From positions 32,001 to 96,000 of IMG/VR virus record IMGVR_UViG_3300037470_000672: a stretch of DNA of 64,000 nt. One strand, given 5' to 3'. The stretch comes from a virus. The position numbers and the translations under genes are program-made. Position 1 is the first letter of the stretch, and each line of letters opens with the position of its first letter. The notes beneath the pieces were generated by a model. The model was not told the origin of the DNA, did not search any database, and was given only the letters and a program-made list of their open reading frames with translations. Shown one piece after another: positions 62,489-64,000 of the stretch.

Positions 62489-63917
62489 GCTTGATGAGCG
62501 GAAAAGGCTGGTCTACCGGAAAGATCAACCACACGTCGAATATGTAGTTTCCCGGATCTAAACCTACAGTGTCTGCCTGTTTGAAGAACACATAGGCTAG
62601 ACCGTCCTCCACCACTAGTATCTGTGTAGGGTCATCGGTCGAAAGAAAGAGAGTCGGAAACTCATCGTCACTACATCTCTTTGCGCACAAGAGTATCTTG
62701 GTATTGGCCAGCGGTACCGGTGTCTCGCATGCGTCTTCTATCCGCAACTTGAGCGTAGCAGCCTGACCGATACAAAGCAGCAGGGCACCTGATGGCGCTA
62801 AGAGCGTAGAGGTGGGAGAAACGCACGCCACGCTTAAACCTCCGACACCTGGACAGTAACCTGTCCAAGGTCGTCTGTGTCTCCCATCCAAAGCTGGTAT
62901 GTAACGGGTACCCCGTTCGGCGTGCCAGGTGTAACCGCAATAGCGTCGTTGATGAGAATCGCTCCTACAAGGGGCTGGTTCACAACCTCGAACTTCGGCG
63001 GACCGAGTAAGAGGGGCGCCGCCCAAAAGAACCGCTCCCCCACACCTATACTGACGGCGAAAATGGTCTCTACCGTGCCTTGAATTGCGGAAATAACCAA
63101 CGCCTCGACGAACGCCTCATCCCCCCCTCCAACCAGTAGTGGCGCAGATACCCCAGCGTACACCCGCGGCCAGAACGGAACCGAGAAGGTCGCCTGCACC
63201 GGCCCTTTGTCCTCTGCCTTGGCTGTAAGAACAAAGCCCACTTCTTCCAGCGGTAGGGTCTTTGAGAAGGTCTCGTCTGACTGGAAAGCCGTTGGGGCGG
63301 CGATGACAGACTTTGACGGAGAGCCTTCTGCGTCGGTCAGGACCGCGGAGGTAGGGGTGAGCGAGTACGCTGCTGTGAAAGCAGGAGTGATCAGCTCGGC
63401 GCCGATCTCTTGCGGAGCGGGACCGTCGAACGTGGTGATGAGAAAGGGCGCGTCTTCGATGAGCGCTGTACCAGCGGCGCTGAGCATCCCCACGAGTTCA
63501 GTGAAAACCTCCACCTTCCGCCGAGCTGGGGGCACCCGATGGAAGAGAAGCTGGGCGCGGGGGTTCTTGGTGACGATCGCTGTCATGTACGGCTCACGCT
63601 ACCGTGGAAACAGAGTGCACAGAGGAGACCGTACCAAACGCATCGGTAACGATCACCAAGGCGTTGTAGGGGCGGTTGTCGGACAAGAGCACCCCCGCCT
63701 GCTCGATGTTGAACACTCCGTTGGATGCCTGCGGAGCTGCGCTGGCCAAACTGGCGATGATGGCCTCGTCTTTGTCTCGGAGTGCCACCGTACAAGAGGT
63801 AGGAGATAGCACCACCTGCCCCTCTCGTTCCAACCACACTTCCACAAAAAGTTGCTCTCCTGCTTCATCATAGGCAAAGTTGACATGGGCTACAGATGGT
63901 GGAGTAACTACTCGCAA
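62442..63917 (-). CDS. Three virion-region genes (62442..62831 BppU-like; 62834..63586; 63594..63917)
   Basis: Beta-sandwich-like ORFs (DPGNYIFDVWL). Confidence 0.55.
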
Positions 63918-64000
63918 AGTCTCATGGAGTACAGGCTCTCCGCCCGCTACGACGGTGTGCCCAGCATCCGTATAGAAGGTTGTAATAATCGAGTAGTACC

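Noticed and set aside
483-63873. Many long plus-strand ORFs (e.g. 483..1502, 4651..5460, 8538..9581, 41103..42368)
   Set aside because: They are antisense shadows of real minus-strand genes in GC-rich DNA, with no RBS or recognisable motifs.

Overview
This is a GC-rich segment of a large tailed phage or prophage, probably with a contractile tail. Nearly all genes lie on the minus strand. Bases 1-34 kb carry small early or accessory genes, a decaying tRNA cluster, an ArdC-like protein, a type IV-B CRISPR-Cas-like operon (csf1-cas11-csf2-csf3 plus ibrA/ibrB/cysH-like genes), ribonucleotide reductase, RNase HI, ThyX, a DNA methyltransferase and a GroES-like protein. Bases 36-64 kb carry virion, tail fibre, baseplate and amidase genes. 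The main result is a 592-aa Cas12m-like (type V-M/V-U1) effector with an intact D-E-D RuvC triad, followed by a 3-repeat CRISPR array. Its 36-nt repeat (RNA sense GTTGAAAGGATGCTCGGATCCTTGAAATTCCGAGAC) also occurs at least 10 more times across 45 kb, as solo copies and mini-arrays. The copies generally follow local gene orientation, keep the spacer-proximal handle nearly invariant and show a compensatory base change. Several abut ribosome-binding sites. One perfect copy splits a tRNA-Ser(GCU) gene with a 5-bp target-site duplication, and the reconstructed empty site has a TTN PAM directly before the would-be guide. I infer, without proof, a mobile or 'homing' CRISPR-repeat system or an mRNA-processing regulon run by the phage Cas12. 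All family assignments come from recognising motifs by eye; no database searches were run.
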